DNA from: Ranitomeya imitator
Lineage: Eukaryota
Direction of reading: 5' to 3'
DNA: 64,000 nucleotides
Assembly: GCF_032444005.1 (NCBI RefSeq)
Contig: NC_091288.1
Span: 182,714,001 to 182,778,000, forward strand
Part shown: in pieces, positions 11,738 through 24,674 of the stretch
How the letters are laid out: each line of letters begins with the position of its first letter
Position numbering within the stretch: position 1 is the first letter of the stretch
Translations under genes and position numbers: made by a program
The notes under the pieces: model-generated
Told to the model about the DNA's origin: nothing
What the model saw: only the letters and a program-made list of their open reading frames with translations
The model's database searches: none

Positions 11738-13814
11738 TAGTGGCATGTAAAAGTTTGGGCACCCCCGGTCAAACTTACTGTTATTGTGAACATTTAAAGG
11801 GAACCTGTCACCCCGTTTTTTGAGATTGAGCTATAAATACTGTTAAATAGGGCCTGCGCTGTGTGTTCCTATAGTGTATGTAGTGTACCCCAATTCCCCA
11901 TGTATGCTGAGAAATAACTTACCAAAGTCGCCGTTTTCGCCTGTCAATCAGGCTGGTCAGGTCGGGAGGGCGTGGTGACATCGGTGGTTCTTCCTCAGCT
12001 TTACGTTGGTGGCGTAGTGGTGAACAAGCAGCGCGCGATCTGCGCTGTAATCCCTTGCATCGGTGGGGGCGGCCATCTTCCTGGGGCCGCGCGTGCGCAG
12101 ATCGAGTGCTCTGCTGCACGGGGCTTCAGGAAAATGGCCGCGGGATGCCGCGCGTGCGCATTAGAGATCGCGGCGGCCATTTTCCCAAAGCCGAGATGCA
12201 AACTCGGCTTTGGGAAAATGGCCGCCGCGATCTCTAATGCGCACGCGCGGCATCCCGCGGCCATTTTCCTGAAGCCCCGTGCAGCAGAGCACTCGATCTG
12301 CGCACGCGCGGCCCCAGGAAGATGGCCGCCCCCACCGATGCAAGGGATTACAGCGCAGATCGCGCGCTGCTTGTTCACCACTACGCCACTACGCCACCAA
12401 CGTAAAGCTGAGGAAGAACCAGCGATGTCACCACGCCCTCCCGACCTGACCAGCCTGATTGACAGGCGAAAACGGCGACTTTGGTAAGTTATTTCTCAGC
12501 ATACATAGGGAATCGGGGTACACTACATACACTATAGGAACACACAGCGCAGGCCCTATTTAACAGTATTTATAGCTCAATCTCAAAAAACGGGGTGACA
12601 GGTTCCCTTTAAGCAAGTTGAAGATGAAATAATCTCTAAAAGGCCTAAAGTTAAAGATGAAACATTTCCTTTCTATTTTAGACAAAAAAAACAATTTCAA
12701 TTCTTGTTTGAGGGATTTTCATCCATTCTTTGTTGGCAAATTCTTCCAGTTCTGTACATTCCTGGGGCGTCTTGCATGCACTGCTATTTTGAGGTCTAGT
12801 CACAAATTTTCAATGATATTCAGATTATAGGACTGTGAGGGCCATTGTAAAATCTTCAGCGTGCACCTTTTGAGGTTTTCTGTTGTGGATTTTGACGTGT
12901 GTTTAGGATCATTATCCATTTGTAGAAGCCATCCTCTTTCCAATTTCAGATTTTTTATAGATGGTGTTATGTTTACATCAAGAATTAGTTGAAATTTCAT
13001 TGAATCCTTTTTTTTTTTCTCTACCCATGAAATGTTCTCCCTGCCAATGGCTGCAATACAACCCCAAGCCATGTTTAATGGCTGGTGAGATGTTCTTTTC
13101 CTGAAATTCTGCGTCCCCTTTTTCTCCACACATAACTTGATCATTGTGGCCAAATAGATCTATTTTAACCTCATTGGTCCACGGGACTTGTTTCCAAAAT
13201 GCATCAGGCTTGTTTAGATGTTATTTTGCATACTTCTGATGCTGAATTTTATGGTGAGGACGCAGGAGAAGTTTTCTTCTGATGACTCTTCCATGAAGGC
13301 CATATTTGTTCAGGTGTCTCTGAACAGTAGATCAATGTATGACAACTCCAGAGTTTGCTAAATCTTTCTGAAGGTCTTTTGCAGTGAAGCGGGGGTTCTG
13401 ATTTACCGATAGCAATCCTATGAGCAGCGCTCACTGAAATTTTGCTTGGTCTTCCAGACCTTATATTGACCTTCACTGTTCCTGGTAACTGCCATTTCTT
13501 AATTACATTTCAAACTGAGGAAAAGGCAACTTGAAAACACTTTCCTATCTTCTTATAGCCTTCTCCTGCTTTATGGACCTCTACCATTTTCAGAGTGTTA
13601 GGCAGCTGCTTAGAAGAACTGATGGCTGCTGTTTTTGGCACAAGGTTAGAGTCTGGGTTTTTATATGGCTAGGAAATTTGCATCACCTGGCCTTTCCTAA
13701 CAATGAGAGTGAACAAGCCATAACCCTAACAGGCTAATTAAGGTCTGAAACCTTGGTCAAAGTTATCTGATCGCTCATATCTTCAAAGGGTGCCCAAACT
13801 TTTACATGCCACTG
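11738..13814 (-). mobile_element. Degenerate Tc1 transposon carrying a nested palindromic MITE
   Basis: TIRs (T)AGTGGCATGTAAAAGTTTGGGCACCC and GGGTGCCCAAACTTTTACATGCCACTG. Transposase fragments on the - strand in ORFs 12800..13153 (QMDNDPKH, WPSQS.NLNIIENL) and 13249..13476. Confidence 0.88.
11798..12608. mobile_element. 811-bp fold-back MITE with TTAA target duplication (Kolobok/T2-like)
   Basis: Arms 11798-12195 and 12203-12608 are reverse complements around a 7-nt loop (ATGCAAA). Termini AGGGAACCTGTCAC..GTGACAGGTTCCCT; TTAA at 11794-11797 and 12609-12612. Confidence 0.93.
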
Positions 13815-14261
13815 TGTGTGTATATATATATCGACTTGTTATTTTGTAGCTTTTTAGCAAGATCTAAATTTCCACCTCGATGCAGTGATACACATAAGGT
13901 AAAGGTTTAGGATTGGTCCCATTTTAAACATTCATGGCCTATTCACACAATATGCCTTAATGGTATGACAAATGTGAATCCCACCACCCATCTTGAGACC
14001 ACCAACCAGTGCACGTCCCTCTCTATTCATTTGTATTGATAATCTTGTAATTTTTATATATTAGGTGATGAATGTTCACAGGGACCCCATCCAATCCCAA
14101 GAACAGGGTCCCATAGTTCCATGTGTGAAGGTAGCTTTGGTAGACCATGGCTGCGACCACTGAATTTAAACATGGGATGTTGGGACCATCTTGTGATTGA
14201 TAAGGAGCCAATAGTCAGACCTCCAGCTTGTGGATCAATAATGTGGGAAAAATCTTACATG

Positions 14262-16165
14262 ATTACTATTATTATTATTTATATAGCACCATTTATTCCA
14301 TGGTGCTGCACATGAGAAGGGGTTACATACAAGTTGCATATATCACTTACAGTAAACAGACTAACAATGACAGACTGATACAGAGGGGCGAGGACCCTGC
14401 CCTTGCGGGCTTACATTCTACATGATGGTGGGGAAGGAGACAATAGGTTGGCGGTTACAGGAGCTCCGGTGTTGGTGAGGCGGTAGCTCCGGTGTTGGTG
14501 AGGCGGTAGCTCCGGTGTTGGTGAGGCGGTAGCTCCGGTGTTGGTGAGGCGGTAGCTTCGGTAATGATGAGGAGGCAGCGGGGTCAGTGCTGTAGGCTTT
14601 CGTGAAGAGATGGGTTTTCAGGTTTCGTCTGAAGGATCCAAATGTGGTTGATAGTTGGACGTGTTGGGGCAAAGAATTCCAGAGGATGGGGATATTCGGG
14701 AGAAGTCTTGGAGGCGGATGGATGAGGAGCGAATAAGTGTGGAGGAGAGAAGGAGGTCTTGGGAGGACCAGAGATCACGTGAGGGAAGATATCGAGAGAT
14801 TAGTTCAGAGATATATGGAGGAGACAGGTTATGGATGGCTTTGTAGGTCAGTATTAGTAATCTGAACTGGATAAGCTGAGGGAATGGGAGCCAGTGAAGA
14901 GATTTGCAGTGGAGAGAAGCAGAAGATTAGCAAGGAGAGAGATGAATTAGTCAGGCAGCAGAGTTAAGGATGGACTGGAGAGGTGCGAGAGTGTTAGCAG
15001 GGAGGCCGCAGAAAAAGGATGTTGCAGTAGTGAAGGCGGGAGATGATGAGGGCATGCACAAGCATTTTAGTAGATTAACGATTGAGGAAAGGACGGATTC
15101 TGGAGATATTTTTGAGCTGGAGGCGACAGGAGGTGAAAAGAGCTTGGATGTGCGGTTTGAAGGACAGGGCAGAGTCAAGGGTTACTCCGAGGCAGCGGAC
15201 TTCCGTTACAGGGGAAAGCGTGATGTCGTTAATAAAGATAGATAGGTCAAGTAAGGAAGATCTATGGGATGGAGGAAAGATGATGAGTTAAGATTTGTCC
15301 ACATTGAGTTTGAGGAAGCGAGAAGAGAAGAAGGAGGATATGGCTGATGGACCCTCTGGGATCCTGGACAGCAGGGAGGTAACCTCTGGGCCAGAAAAGT
15401 AGATCTGAGTGTCATGAACATAAAGGTGGTACTGAAATACATTGGACTTTATGAGTTGTCCCAGGCCGAGTGTATAGATTAAGAAGAGTAGGGGTTCTAG
15501 AACAGAGCCTTGGGGGACTCCAACAGAGAGAGGGTGGGATGAGGAGGTAGTGTGGGAGTGGGAGACGCTGAATGTGCGGTTGGAAAGGTACGAGGCGATC
15601 CAGGATAGGGCGAGGTCTTTGATGCCAAAGAAAGAGAGGATCTGTAGTAGGAGGCAGTGGTCAACTGTGTCGAAGGCAGAGGACAGGTCTAGGAGGAGGA
15701 GTACAGAGTATTGTCCGTTAGCTTTGGCGGTAAGTAGGTCGTTAGTAATTTTGGTCAGGGCTGTTTCAGTGGAGTGATGAGGATGGAAACCAGATTGCAG
15801 ATTGTCAAAGAGCAAGTTAGATGAGAGTTGGGAGGAAAGTTCAGAGTGGACGTGATGCTCCAGGAGTTTGGAAGCGAATGAGAGCAGCAATATTGGGCCA
15901 TAGCTGGACACAGCGGTTGGGTCGAGGGTTAGCTTTTTAAGGATAGGCGTGATTGTGGCATGTTTGAAAGCAGAAGGGAAGGTGCCAGAAGTTAGTGATA
16001 GGTTGAAGAGGTGGGTTAGGGATGGGATAAGTGTGGTGGTGAGGTTGGGGAGGAGGTGGAATGGGATGGGGTCTAGTGCACAAGTGGTGAGGTGTGATTT
16101 GGAGAGGAGACAATTAAGCTCCCCGTCAGTGATGTTGGAGAGGGAGGTTATGGGGGACGGGCATT
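14262..16165 (-). mobile_element. 5'-truncated L2/CR1-group LINE (RT domain, disabled)
   Basis: ORF 15288..15911 has [35 protein letters not shown]. (TAA)n-like tail near 14262-14280. Closely similar to the copy at 39384-41420. Confidence 0.9.
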
Positions 16166-16250
16166 TGTACTATTGATACTACTAAGCTGCTAGTACACTT
16201 GGGTGTAGTTGTTCTTTATATTCTTTCACATGCTATTTTGATTTTTACAG

Positions 16251-16979
16251 GTAATTTTTATGGTCTGGAATGCCATAAACGACCCGCTATTTGGTTATAT
16301 CCAAGATAATTCCAAAACCGGCTTCTGCTCTATACGACGCCGCTCCATATTATACGGTGCTCCATTTTATGCCCTCGCTTTTCTGGTTCCTTGGTTTCCT
16401 TGGAAGGATTACGCAGAAGGTGAATGGCTCAGTGGTATCCATCTCATGGTAGCCCTCTGCATTTTTGATGGCATGCTTACCTTTGTCTTGCTTGCCCAAT
16501 GCGCCCTCTTTGCCGAGATTTCATCCAAGCACGAAAATCGTCTTCAGCTCATTAAATACAACCAAGTAGCTTCACTTCTGGCATCATCGAGCATTCTCTT
16601 CTGCGGACTTGCATCTGATAACATGGAGAACATCCCCCGCTTTCAGACATTCACAGTCTTTGTGGCCGTCCTGGCCGCGGCGTGCATGTGTTACACCGGG
16701 GTGTTTGGCATAAGCCAGTACGAACAGCGGGAAAAATCGGTGGAGAGCGGCGCCAAGACAGACACCTCTCTATCCTGGGCCGCTGTGCTGACTCTCACCA
16801 AACAGATCCTTAGCCAAAAGAATTTTCTGTTGTTTGTGTCTATGAACTTTTTCCAAGTTTTTCACGGTACGTTTTGCAGCAACTTCATGATAATATTTGC
16901 TGATAACCTCATTCCTAAAGATGCCCTCCCCTCTGCCATCAGAAGTCTCATGTATGGAGCTGGCTTCATTTTTCCTCCA
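16251..16979 (+). CDS. MFSD13B: MFSD13B-type protein, coding exon 2 (729 nt)
   Basis: Acceptor TTTTTACAG|GTA ATT TTT ATG; VIFMVWNAINDPLFGYIQD resembles TMEM180 VFLLWNSLNDPLFGWLSD; KNFLLFVSMNFFQVFH resembles RNFLWFVSMDLVQVFH. Donor CCA|GTAAGT at 16980; phase 0-0. Confidence 0.92.
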
Positions 16980-17741
16980 GTAAGTAGTAAAACCTGCTAC
17001 ATTTCTGTAATATGGTTTAAGATCCATCATAAAATTAAAAAAATAAAAAATACTCAACTGAAAATCTTTTGTCGAAAATGGGTTTTGCTATAAAGGGAAT
17101 TGAGAATAGCGGCTCTCCTGTAAGGGAGATTGGAAGAAGAGGGTAAAATTGCTTCCTTGGAAGTTATATAATATGGGATGGCTCCAAGTACAAGGCTGCT
17201 TCTCCCCTATCTGTCCGGCAATAAAAAATAAAATCAATCCCAACTACAGATTCCAGGCACATGAAAACATGGGGAACATGGGCGCCTTGTTGAATCAATG
17301 CATCGCTAGTGTGTAGCAAGGTATTATAATAATTAGTTATTATAAAATCCACCAACGTGTTTCGAAACGATACAGTGTTCTTCCTCAAGTCAATACACAA
17401 GAATTTAGGTCTCATTCACACATCAGTCTTTTGCATGCCAAAACCAGGAGTGGCACTTACAGAGAAAAACTATAATTTAAAGATTCACACCTGTTCTGTG
17501 TTTTGGAGACACTCCTGATGTGGCCATACAAATACTGATGTGTGAACAAAGCCTGATAGATTGGCCGTAGGACATCAGAATTTTTCTGAAAATCAGGCTG
17601 TTGGTCAGATGCCAAATGTCCTTGGTGCTCTATAGAACCAGTAGACCTAATTCATATGCTTTGTGGATGCTCACAACTTCACGGGTATTGGAAGGAGGTG
17701 CTGGATTGTGTCTTGGACATAACAATATTTAGAGGTCGTAA

Positions 17742-18012
17742 AGCTAGCCATACACATTAGATGGCTCTCGGCCATCGCAGCCACCTCTCCCGTAAACGGG
17801 AACGCTCATTCAGCCCGAACAATCCTGTGCTCCTCTCTATAAGAATGCCGCCGACTGACGCATCGTCTTGTGGGTTAGCTCGGGGAGAACAATGCGACCA
17901 ACACTTCTCCAGACCATCAATCGGCCGGCGCCCCCATACACATTAGACCATCGGTCGAACCCTTCGATAACGGCGGTTTCGGCCAATATAAGTCTAATGT
18001 GTATGGCCAGCT
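17742..18012. mobile_element. Small MITE with inverted ends (Harbinger-like)
   Basis: AGCTAGCCATACACATTAGA ... TCTAATGTGTATGGCCAGCT terminal inverted repeats. Confidence 0.65.
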
Positions 18013-19699
18013 TGTGACCGGGCTGCGGAGTCGTAGTCGGAGCCCATTTTGGTGGAGTCGGTGTCATGGAAATTGAGGAGTCGGAGGTTTGGCTTACCGA
18101 CTCCACAGCACTGGTTTCAGGGCTGTGGAGTCGGAGCCCATTTTGGTGGAGTCTGATTCGGTGTCTTGGAAATTGAGGAGTCAGAGTCGTGGTCATGTTG
18201 GGATCTCACAATTGTCTCTCTCCCTCTCCTACTTTCTTTGGTGTATTAACTCTGATACCCAGAAAGGATTTTGTGATGACAGGAGGTGGCGGTGAATTGG
18301 GATGTGATCGGGGTTGTATCATTGTTATCTTTTAACTGTTTATATGCGAAATCGCTAAAAAATCTTATGACAAAATACAGAAATACATGTCCGGCCCATT
18401 GTATACGCATCCGATGACAACATTATGGAATGTCATTGCACCTGGAATCTGGTCCCATTTTCGTCAAATCGCCCACCCATTCTGAGAAATAAAATGTTTG
18501 GAGTTTGAGTGAAACAAACACCCGGTAAATTTCCTGACATGTCTGTTTTTAACAAAACAAAATAATATTGTACCATTTCCTCCTCTGTTATCTTTTTATG
18601 GAAAATTTGACAACTGTGGCGCCACTCTTTTCAAAGGGACTTGTCTGATCTGTACCAATAGGGTCAGATATATATATTTTTTTTTTTCAGTGTGAACCTG
18701 TCACTTAATGTGTGCTGCCGGAACCATGAGCAGCATGAATCGCAGCCTGGTCCACGATTACAGCCGGGTATTACAGCCGGGTATGCTCTGGCATTTCAGA
18801 GATGCTCTACCTTAAGTTCTGGCAGGGGACCATTACCAGATGCGACACAAGTCCGTTTTTTTCCCAGGACTGCTACGGGTGATTGACAGGTCTCTTCCGT
18901 AGAAAGAGACCTGTCAGAGATTAAGAGCGGAGCCAGACTAATTTCGGCTATGGTCCCCAACTGGATTTATAAATTATATATTTTTTTCTGAAACAACCTG
19001 GGTACAAAAGTTTTGATGTCCAATAAATCATTACCAGGAACGAGTGGCATAGTTTGTACACAAATAATAATCTATTTACAGTCAGTTAGTATTGTCCAGG
19101 GTCACTCAATAGTAGACGTCTTGGAGTCATTTGTGATGGGCATTCCCATGCAGTGATGTAGGAACTGAACCACTTAGACCCAGTATCTCCCTCTCCTTTA
19201 TTTTGGTGTTAGAGACAGTAGTAGAGAGGTAGTTGTACACAGATCTCCTTAATGTGAAGAGGTGAGAAAGTATGTATAGTCTCGGGGAAGGGAAAGAAAA
19301 CAGACTACAAATAAGGAGGAAAGTACATGAAGATGAAAGAAGTGCAGCATAGAAGCTGTGCTGTTATATCAGCTAATAAAGATTGGATAATTTCAGACTT
19401 CAAATCCAGCATGTATTACTGAAAGAGAAACTCCCAAAAGAGAAAAATTTGAAACTTGGGTCAGTCTGAAAATGATACGAAGGAATGAAGATTGTAGACT
19501 GATACTTATTGCAATTTTATTTTCTAAATGTAACTACGAACATATATATATTTTTTCCATATCAATGGTATGAGAGACAGTTCCACAGTTATATTACGTG
19601 ATATTTAATCCTTCTTATCGTAGCCTGGCTTAACATGTAATTATTAGTCACATATTCTGAATTTGGTCACAGTTGATCACTTTTCACTTATATTTTCAG

Positions 19700-19854
19700 T
19701 TTCTCGTGCTGATCAGTCACTCGTTATTATCACGTATCGGGTATTATAAGGTCATCTTGTATGGATTCTATGTAGAAGCCATTTCAGCGGTGTTGATGGT
19801 GTTCATAGGACCGCAGCATTACTATATCCTTGCGACATTCCTAGTCACCAACAT
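19700..19854 (+). CDS. MFSD13B: MFSD13B-type protein, coding exon 3 (155 nt)
   Basis: Acceptor TTTTCAG|TTT CTC; FLVLISHSLLSRIGYYKVILYGFYVEAISAVLMVFIGPQHYYILATFLVTN. Donor AT|GTAAGT; phase 0-2. Confidence 0.9.
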
Positions 19855-22800
19855 GTAAGTACAACATCTCCTGCTTTCTGTCCATGTCCGGTATAACACG
19901 GTCTTTTATTTCCTTCTGTTTTTCCTCAATTGTATTTTGTCTGGCAGGCTTCTACATGGCGCCAATCTTTACATATACAATCAGCCTTGCACAAAAATTT
20001 AGCGACTTTTGGTGTTTTTACACCAGCAGCGACCAGTTCTGCTAATTTTTTGACAAGGGGCTGATTGATGAACATATTTGGTGGTGGTGCACAGCAACTT
20101 TACTTGAATTTGTCTTATCGTGCGCCAGTACACTGATTATTAAGACTATCATGCAAAACGCCAGTCTCAATGACTGCAGGCCCAAATGTCAGACATTTTG
20201 TGGATAAAAGTGCCAGGGATATCGTTCTGAAACTTTGTAGAACCCTGGCCTAACATAAAGAGGAAAGCTCATGAAGAGGAAGTTAGTGCAGGATAGAAGC
20301 TGTACAGAAAAATGAGCTAATGGAGAAAGCAGCACCCTGGAAAGAGCTCACATGCAACCTATATTACTGAGAGAGACACTCCCATGACAGAAAAAAAAAA
20401 TCTGACACTTAGCTTAGTCTGCAAACTGCACATCAAGAGTCTGACAATTAATGAAGTAATCCCTAACATGGAAAAATTAACTCTTTCCATGTTAAAGGTG
20501 TTCATAGTCTTTAAAGCATGGGGAATGTAGGCATTTCTGGTATTGCTGACTGAACACGTGAAGTGTTAAAGAGGACTTCTCACCAAATTGCTTCATGTTG
20601 CACTGGACACATGATATAATAGTGGCTGCAGAGTGGAATACAATGCGTGGGGTTTTTGTGTCTCCTCTCTGTTGTAGAGATATTTGCAATCAAAGTATTC
20701 CACGCCTAATGAGTTAATTTTTGTTAAGTCCAAGTGGACTTTATCGGAGAGTTTTCACTGGGGGCGTGTACTTCTTCTCACTGTATGACACTGCCCAATC
20801 ATAAGCAGGTAGCAACACAGAGGAGAAGAAGTGCATGTCCCTCTATAGCTCAGAACAGACTTCTCCTGTGTTGGATGTGATCTGATCTTACTGCAGATTC
20901 ATTACATGTTGTGTGACTCGCCTCCGGACAGGCAAAGTGGGTGGTGGGGGCAGTACAACAGAGGTGACAGTGTTACGAGAGGAGGAGAGCTGATGGAAGG
21001 GTTTTTAATATGACACAGCTAAAGTTGACTGTGATGATGTCCTTCCCCTGCACAGGTACCTCACCTGAAAGGTGTGAGTGATCTATTCTTTACTCCCAGC
21101 ACTTTCTAATCATGCAGGAGGTTAGACCAGGAGAGTAGGTGATTAAGGCCATCTGTCATTACGTCTCACACACTGAGAAACCTGCTGTAAGCTATTTTGG
21201 GGGCGTGTTCTTTTTCTCCTTTATGTTGATTCCTGCTCATGATTGGGCAACATCATATAGGGGGAAGAAGTACACGCCCACAGTGAAAACTCTCTGATAA
21301 TGTCCACTTGGACTTAACAAAAATAAACTTGTTAGGTGTCATATACTTTTGTTGCTAATATCTCCGCAACAGAGAGGAAAAATTAGGTCAAAATGAAAAA
21401 TTTGGTGAAAGGTCACCAAATATGTACAGTACTTAGACTGTTTTAGAGAAGGCATGTTGCTCTTGTTGGCTTGTGTCATGTATCCGCCCTGTCATTTTCT
21501 CTTACTTGCTTTTCTGGCTCTACCGAATATTATGTTATTTGCTGCTCGACCTCCTGATAAATTACAGCAAGGGAACCTTGACATCTTTAGTGGGAGAGTC
21601 GTTCATCTGATGGTCTAGAAAATCTGATATTCCAGCATTTGTGGGAACCTGGGAAATGATTCATGCTGCTCAAAGCATGGACGGGATGAATCGGAGACTG
21701 GATATGTTATTGCAGACGTAGGTTTTACGTGAAACATCCCTATACACAAATAGGTAGAAAAAAACCTGTCAATCATGCAGAGCTGGTTGGGGGAGATGCC
21801 GGAGCGGACATACCTCTGTGACTAGTCGTCCGCATTCCACGTGAATTTTGGCACCTATTCCGTTCCAAAACCTTCTGCCCAAACACTGCCTCTTATTATT
21901 TTTCAATGGAAATCTGTGTTGCTGTTCATACTTTCCGTCACGGATCAATAAAGCGGATCAGTCATTTGATTTCACAATACAGTTTGTAGAAAGTATTAAT
22001 AAATGGATCTCTTCGAGCTGATCAGGCTGATATCGGCACATCAGAAAGCCTGTATAATCCTCACATGAAAGAGCATTATAATATTCAGTAGGGATATTTT
22101 CAAAGAGGATTACAAAACCATTCTGACAGGGAGTTTCAAAGTAAGTACACCCCCTCATCAGGTGAGACAGTTTCTGCTTATTACAGTATGCAGATTGTAT
22201 TGATGAATATGGTGATAGATCAGCATTACATAGACCTAAGCTATATTAACCTGCCACCACCGATTGACAGCTTTCTGCCTATGCATAGTGTACACAGAAA
22301 GCTGTAAATCAGTAGCATGGCCGGAGTTATACAGAGCTCCGCATTCAGAGAACTGATAAATTTGCAGCAGATAAAACAGGGACTTTGTTTCAGTTTTGAT
22401 AATCATCCCAGTAAGTGATACATCACTGTAATCGGGGTCTCTGCCCCTGCATCATCCTGCTCTCAGATGGAGTAGCAGAAACATGCTGAAAGATTCCCTT
22501 TATTAGTATGTATTACAGTCCTAGCGAAAGTGTTGCCACCCTTGAACTTGTTCCAGAAAATGAATTATTTCTCCCAGAAAATTATGTATCGCAATTACAG
22601 ATGTTTTGTTATACACATGTTTATTTCCTTTGTGTGTATTGGAACAACACAAAAAAAAAACTGAAAAAAAAGAAAATTGGAAATAATTTCAAACAACAAC
22701 CCTACCGTCAAATATGGTGGAGGTTCAAAGATGTGTTCTGGTTGTTTTGCTGCCTCTGGCACTGGGTGCAATGACTATTTTTGCTGTCAATGTTATTTTT

Positions 22801-23457
22801 TTGTTATTAAGCAATATGAGCTAACACTGTTCATGCTAAGCTCCCTGGTTCATGCCTCGGTGGCACTCGGGTGAGAAGAGTGGTTAAATAACTCTGTTCT
22901 CATTGTGCTCTATACTACGTATATGTAACGTTTTTAGCATGGGGCTCAGGTGACCTCACATCGGTGCGTCTGTCTCCACTGTCAATCAAGCACCTGATGG
23001 TGGGAAAAAAGGAAGACGAGGCATGGACTGCAAGTGCCCCAATACGTCCATAGTGCAATTGCAGTCTAATTTGCATAAAGCTAAATAAAAACAGGATTGG
23101 CACAACAGATCCAGACCAAAGAGGCATCATTGGAATTGCGTCCCCCTGACATACAGAGCTCTACCTCTGGATAACGCTGTAAAATGAAGCCGACAGCTTG
23201 TCTTTACCATCAGTGTGCAGGAGGCGTAGGCTATGACTGCAGGACCTGACTACACGGGGTTGGATTGTAGTCTGTTACCATAGTGACACATGTTCTATTC
23301 ACTTCTGTCTATCCTAATAGACATATGACCAATAACCTGTATTTTGTGTCACAGCCATTTTATTCCGATTCACATTGCACTGGAGATTACTGTATAATTA
23401 CTGACAAACTAGAGGTTTATATTTATTTGTAACTTGTGTTATATGTTTTCTCTCCAG

Positions 23458-23541
23458 GGTATTAGTACATGCCTCGTTCAGCGTATTTAATCTGCCTCTG
23501 GCCGATATTGTAGATGCAGATTTTGCCAACTACAAACGCAA
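23458..23541 (+). CDS. MFSD13B: MFSD13B-type protein, coding exon 4 (84 nt)
   Basis: Acceptor TCTCCAG|G; (M)VLVHASFSVFNLPLADIVDADFANYKR(K) resembles TMEM180 VTDLVDEDLVLNHRK. Donor AA|GTAAGT; phase 2-2. Confidence 0.9.
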
Positions 23542-23598
23542 GTAAGTAACACACATGGCTTCACGTGTTATGTGCAACCCCTTTACGCACAGAGGATG

Positions 23599-24266
23599 TG
23601 TCACGCCGTAAGCGGCGTTAAAGGGGCAGGAGGGCGTACTGGGACCCGCACCTGTCCCTACCACTCTAATGGGGCCCTGGCTTTCCCTTATCTCGGGGGT
23701 ACCTATGATGGTAAGGGGCCCGAGCCGCCAGCGTCTCCCTGTCTCGGGTGCAGGCCCTATAAGTGGCCCCCTCTCCCCCCCCAGGGAAGAGGACTACACC
23801 AGTGTATAAACACAACAATAAACAGGGTATACAGACAAGGTAACTAAAAGTCTCAAACTCACCAAATGCTCACACAACCACAGAGGAAACACAGAGAAGG
23901 GAAGAGAAGGAGAAAACTAGGAAGGAAAACAGGTTTAACAAGCAACCAAAACAACAGACACCAATCTCTGTAATAAACCTCCAAGCTCCAAATATCACAC
24001 TCCTTCAACCTCCAAGCCAGGCAGCAGAACTGATCACTGACACTAGCTGTAGTCAAGGCTGGCTCTATATAGAGGAGGAGATTACAAAAATCCACTTCAG
24101 CAGAGACACAGCTCACAGCAACTTAGCAAATAAGGTTAACTCCTGCACTGCTGGCACAAAGCAGCCAGGTCAAAATACAGCAGAAGAGCTTCTGTTCACT
24201 GTGTGTGAATGAGGCCCAGAGCGCTGCAGTTCTCTGGAACCTCTCTGTCGCGGTAGCCCGGTGACA
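23599..24266. mobile_element. Solo LTR (668 bp), probably Gypsy-type
   Basis: Begins TGTCAC, ends GTGACA. Identical 5-bp flanks GGATG at 23594-23598 and 24267-24271. Confidence 0.85.
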
Positions 24267-24674
24267 GGATGTCTATCCAATAATTTACCATGTTTTATGA
24301 TGCCTGACCTGATTTGCTGTTGATGCTTTGCACTTCTTGTAAAACCTGTCTACACCTTACTTGTAATATCTGACCTATTATTCCTTTCCTCACTATGAAT
24401 GGGATCCATTATTTCGGTCTGCAGGGAGGCTGGTTATACAAATTCATGCCAACCTGGTTTACGATAATAGACCATAAGTTAGATTATTATCAGAGGAGAG
24501 GAGATGTCACAGGGACGTCGTTCTACAACACATTGAGTTGGGAAACTTTTATGACTTTTTTTCAAACGTGCTCATAGCTCATGGTGCTGTATTGAGCAGA
24601 GGGATGGACACAATGACCCTTGATCTCTTCCAAATCTAACATTCTATGATGGAATTAAACAATGGACAGATCGG

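Noticed and set aside
11919-12487. Mirror-image ORFs on opposite strands encoding the same peptide
   Set aside because: A consequence of the 811-bp palindrome, not a bidirectional gene.
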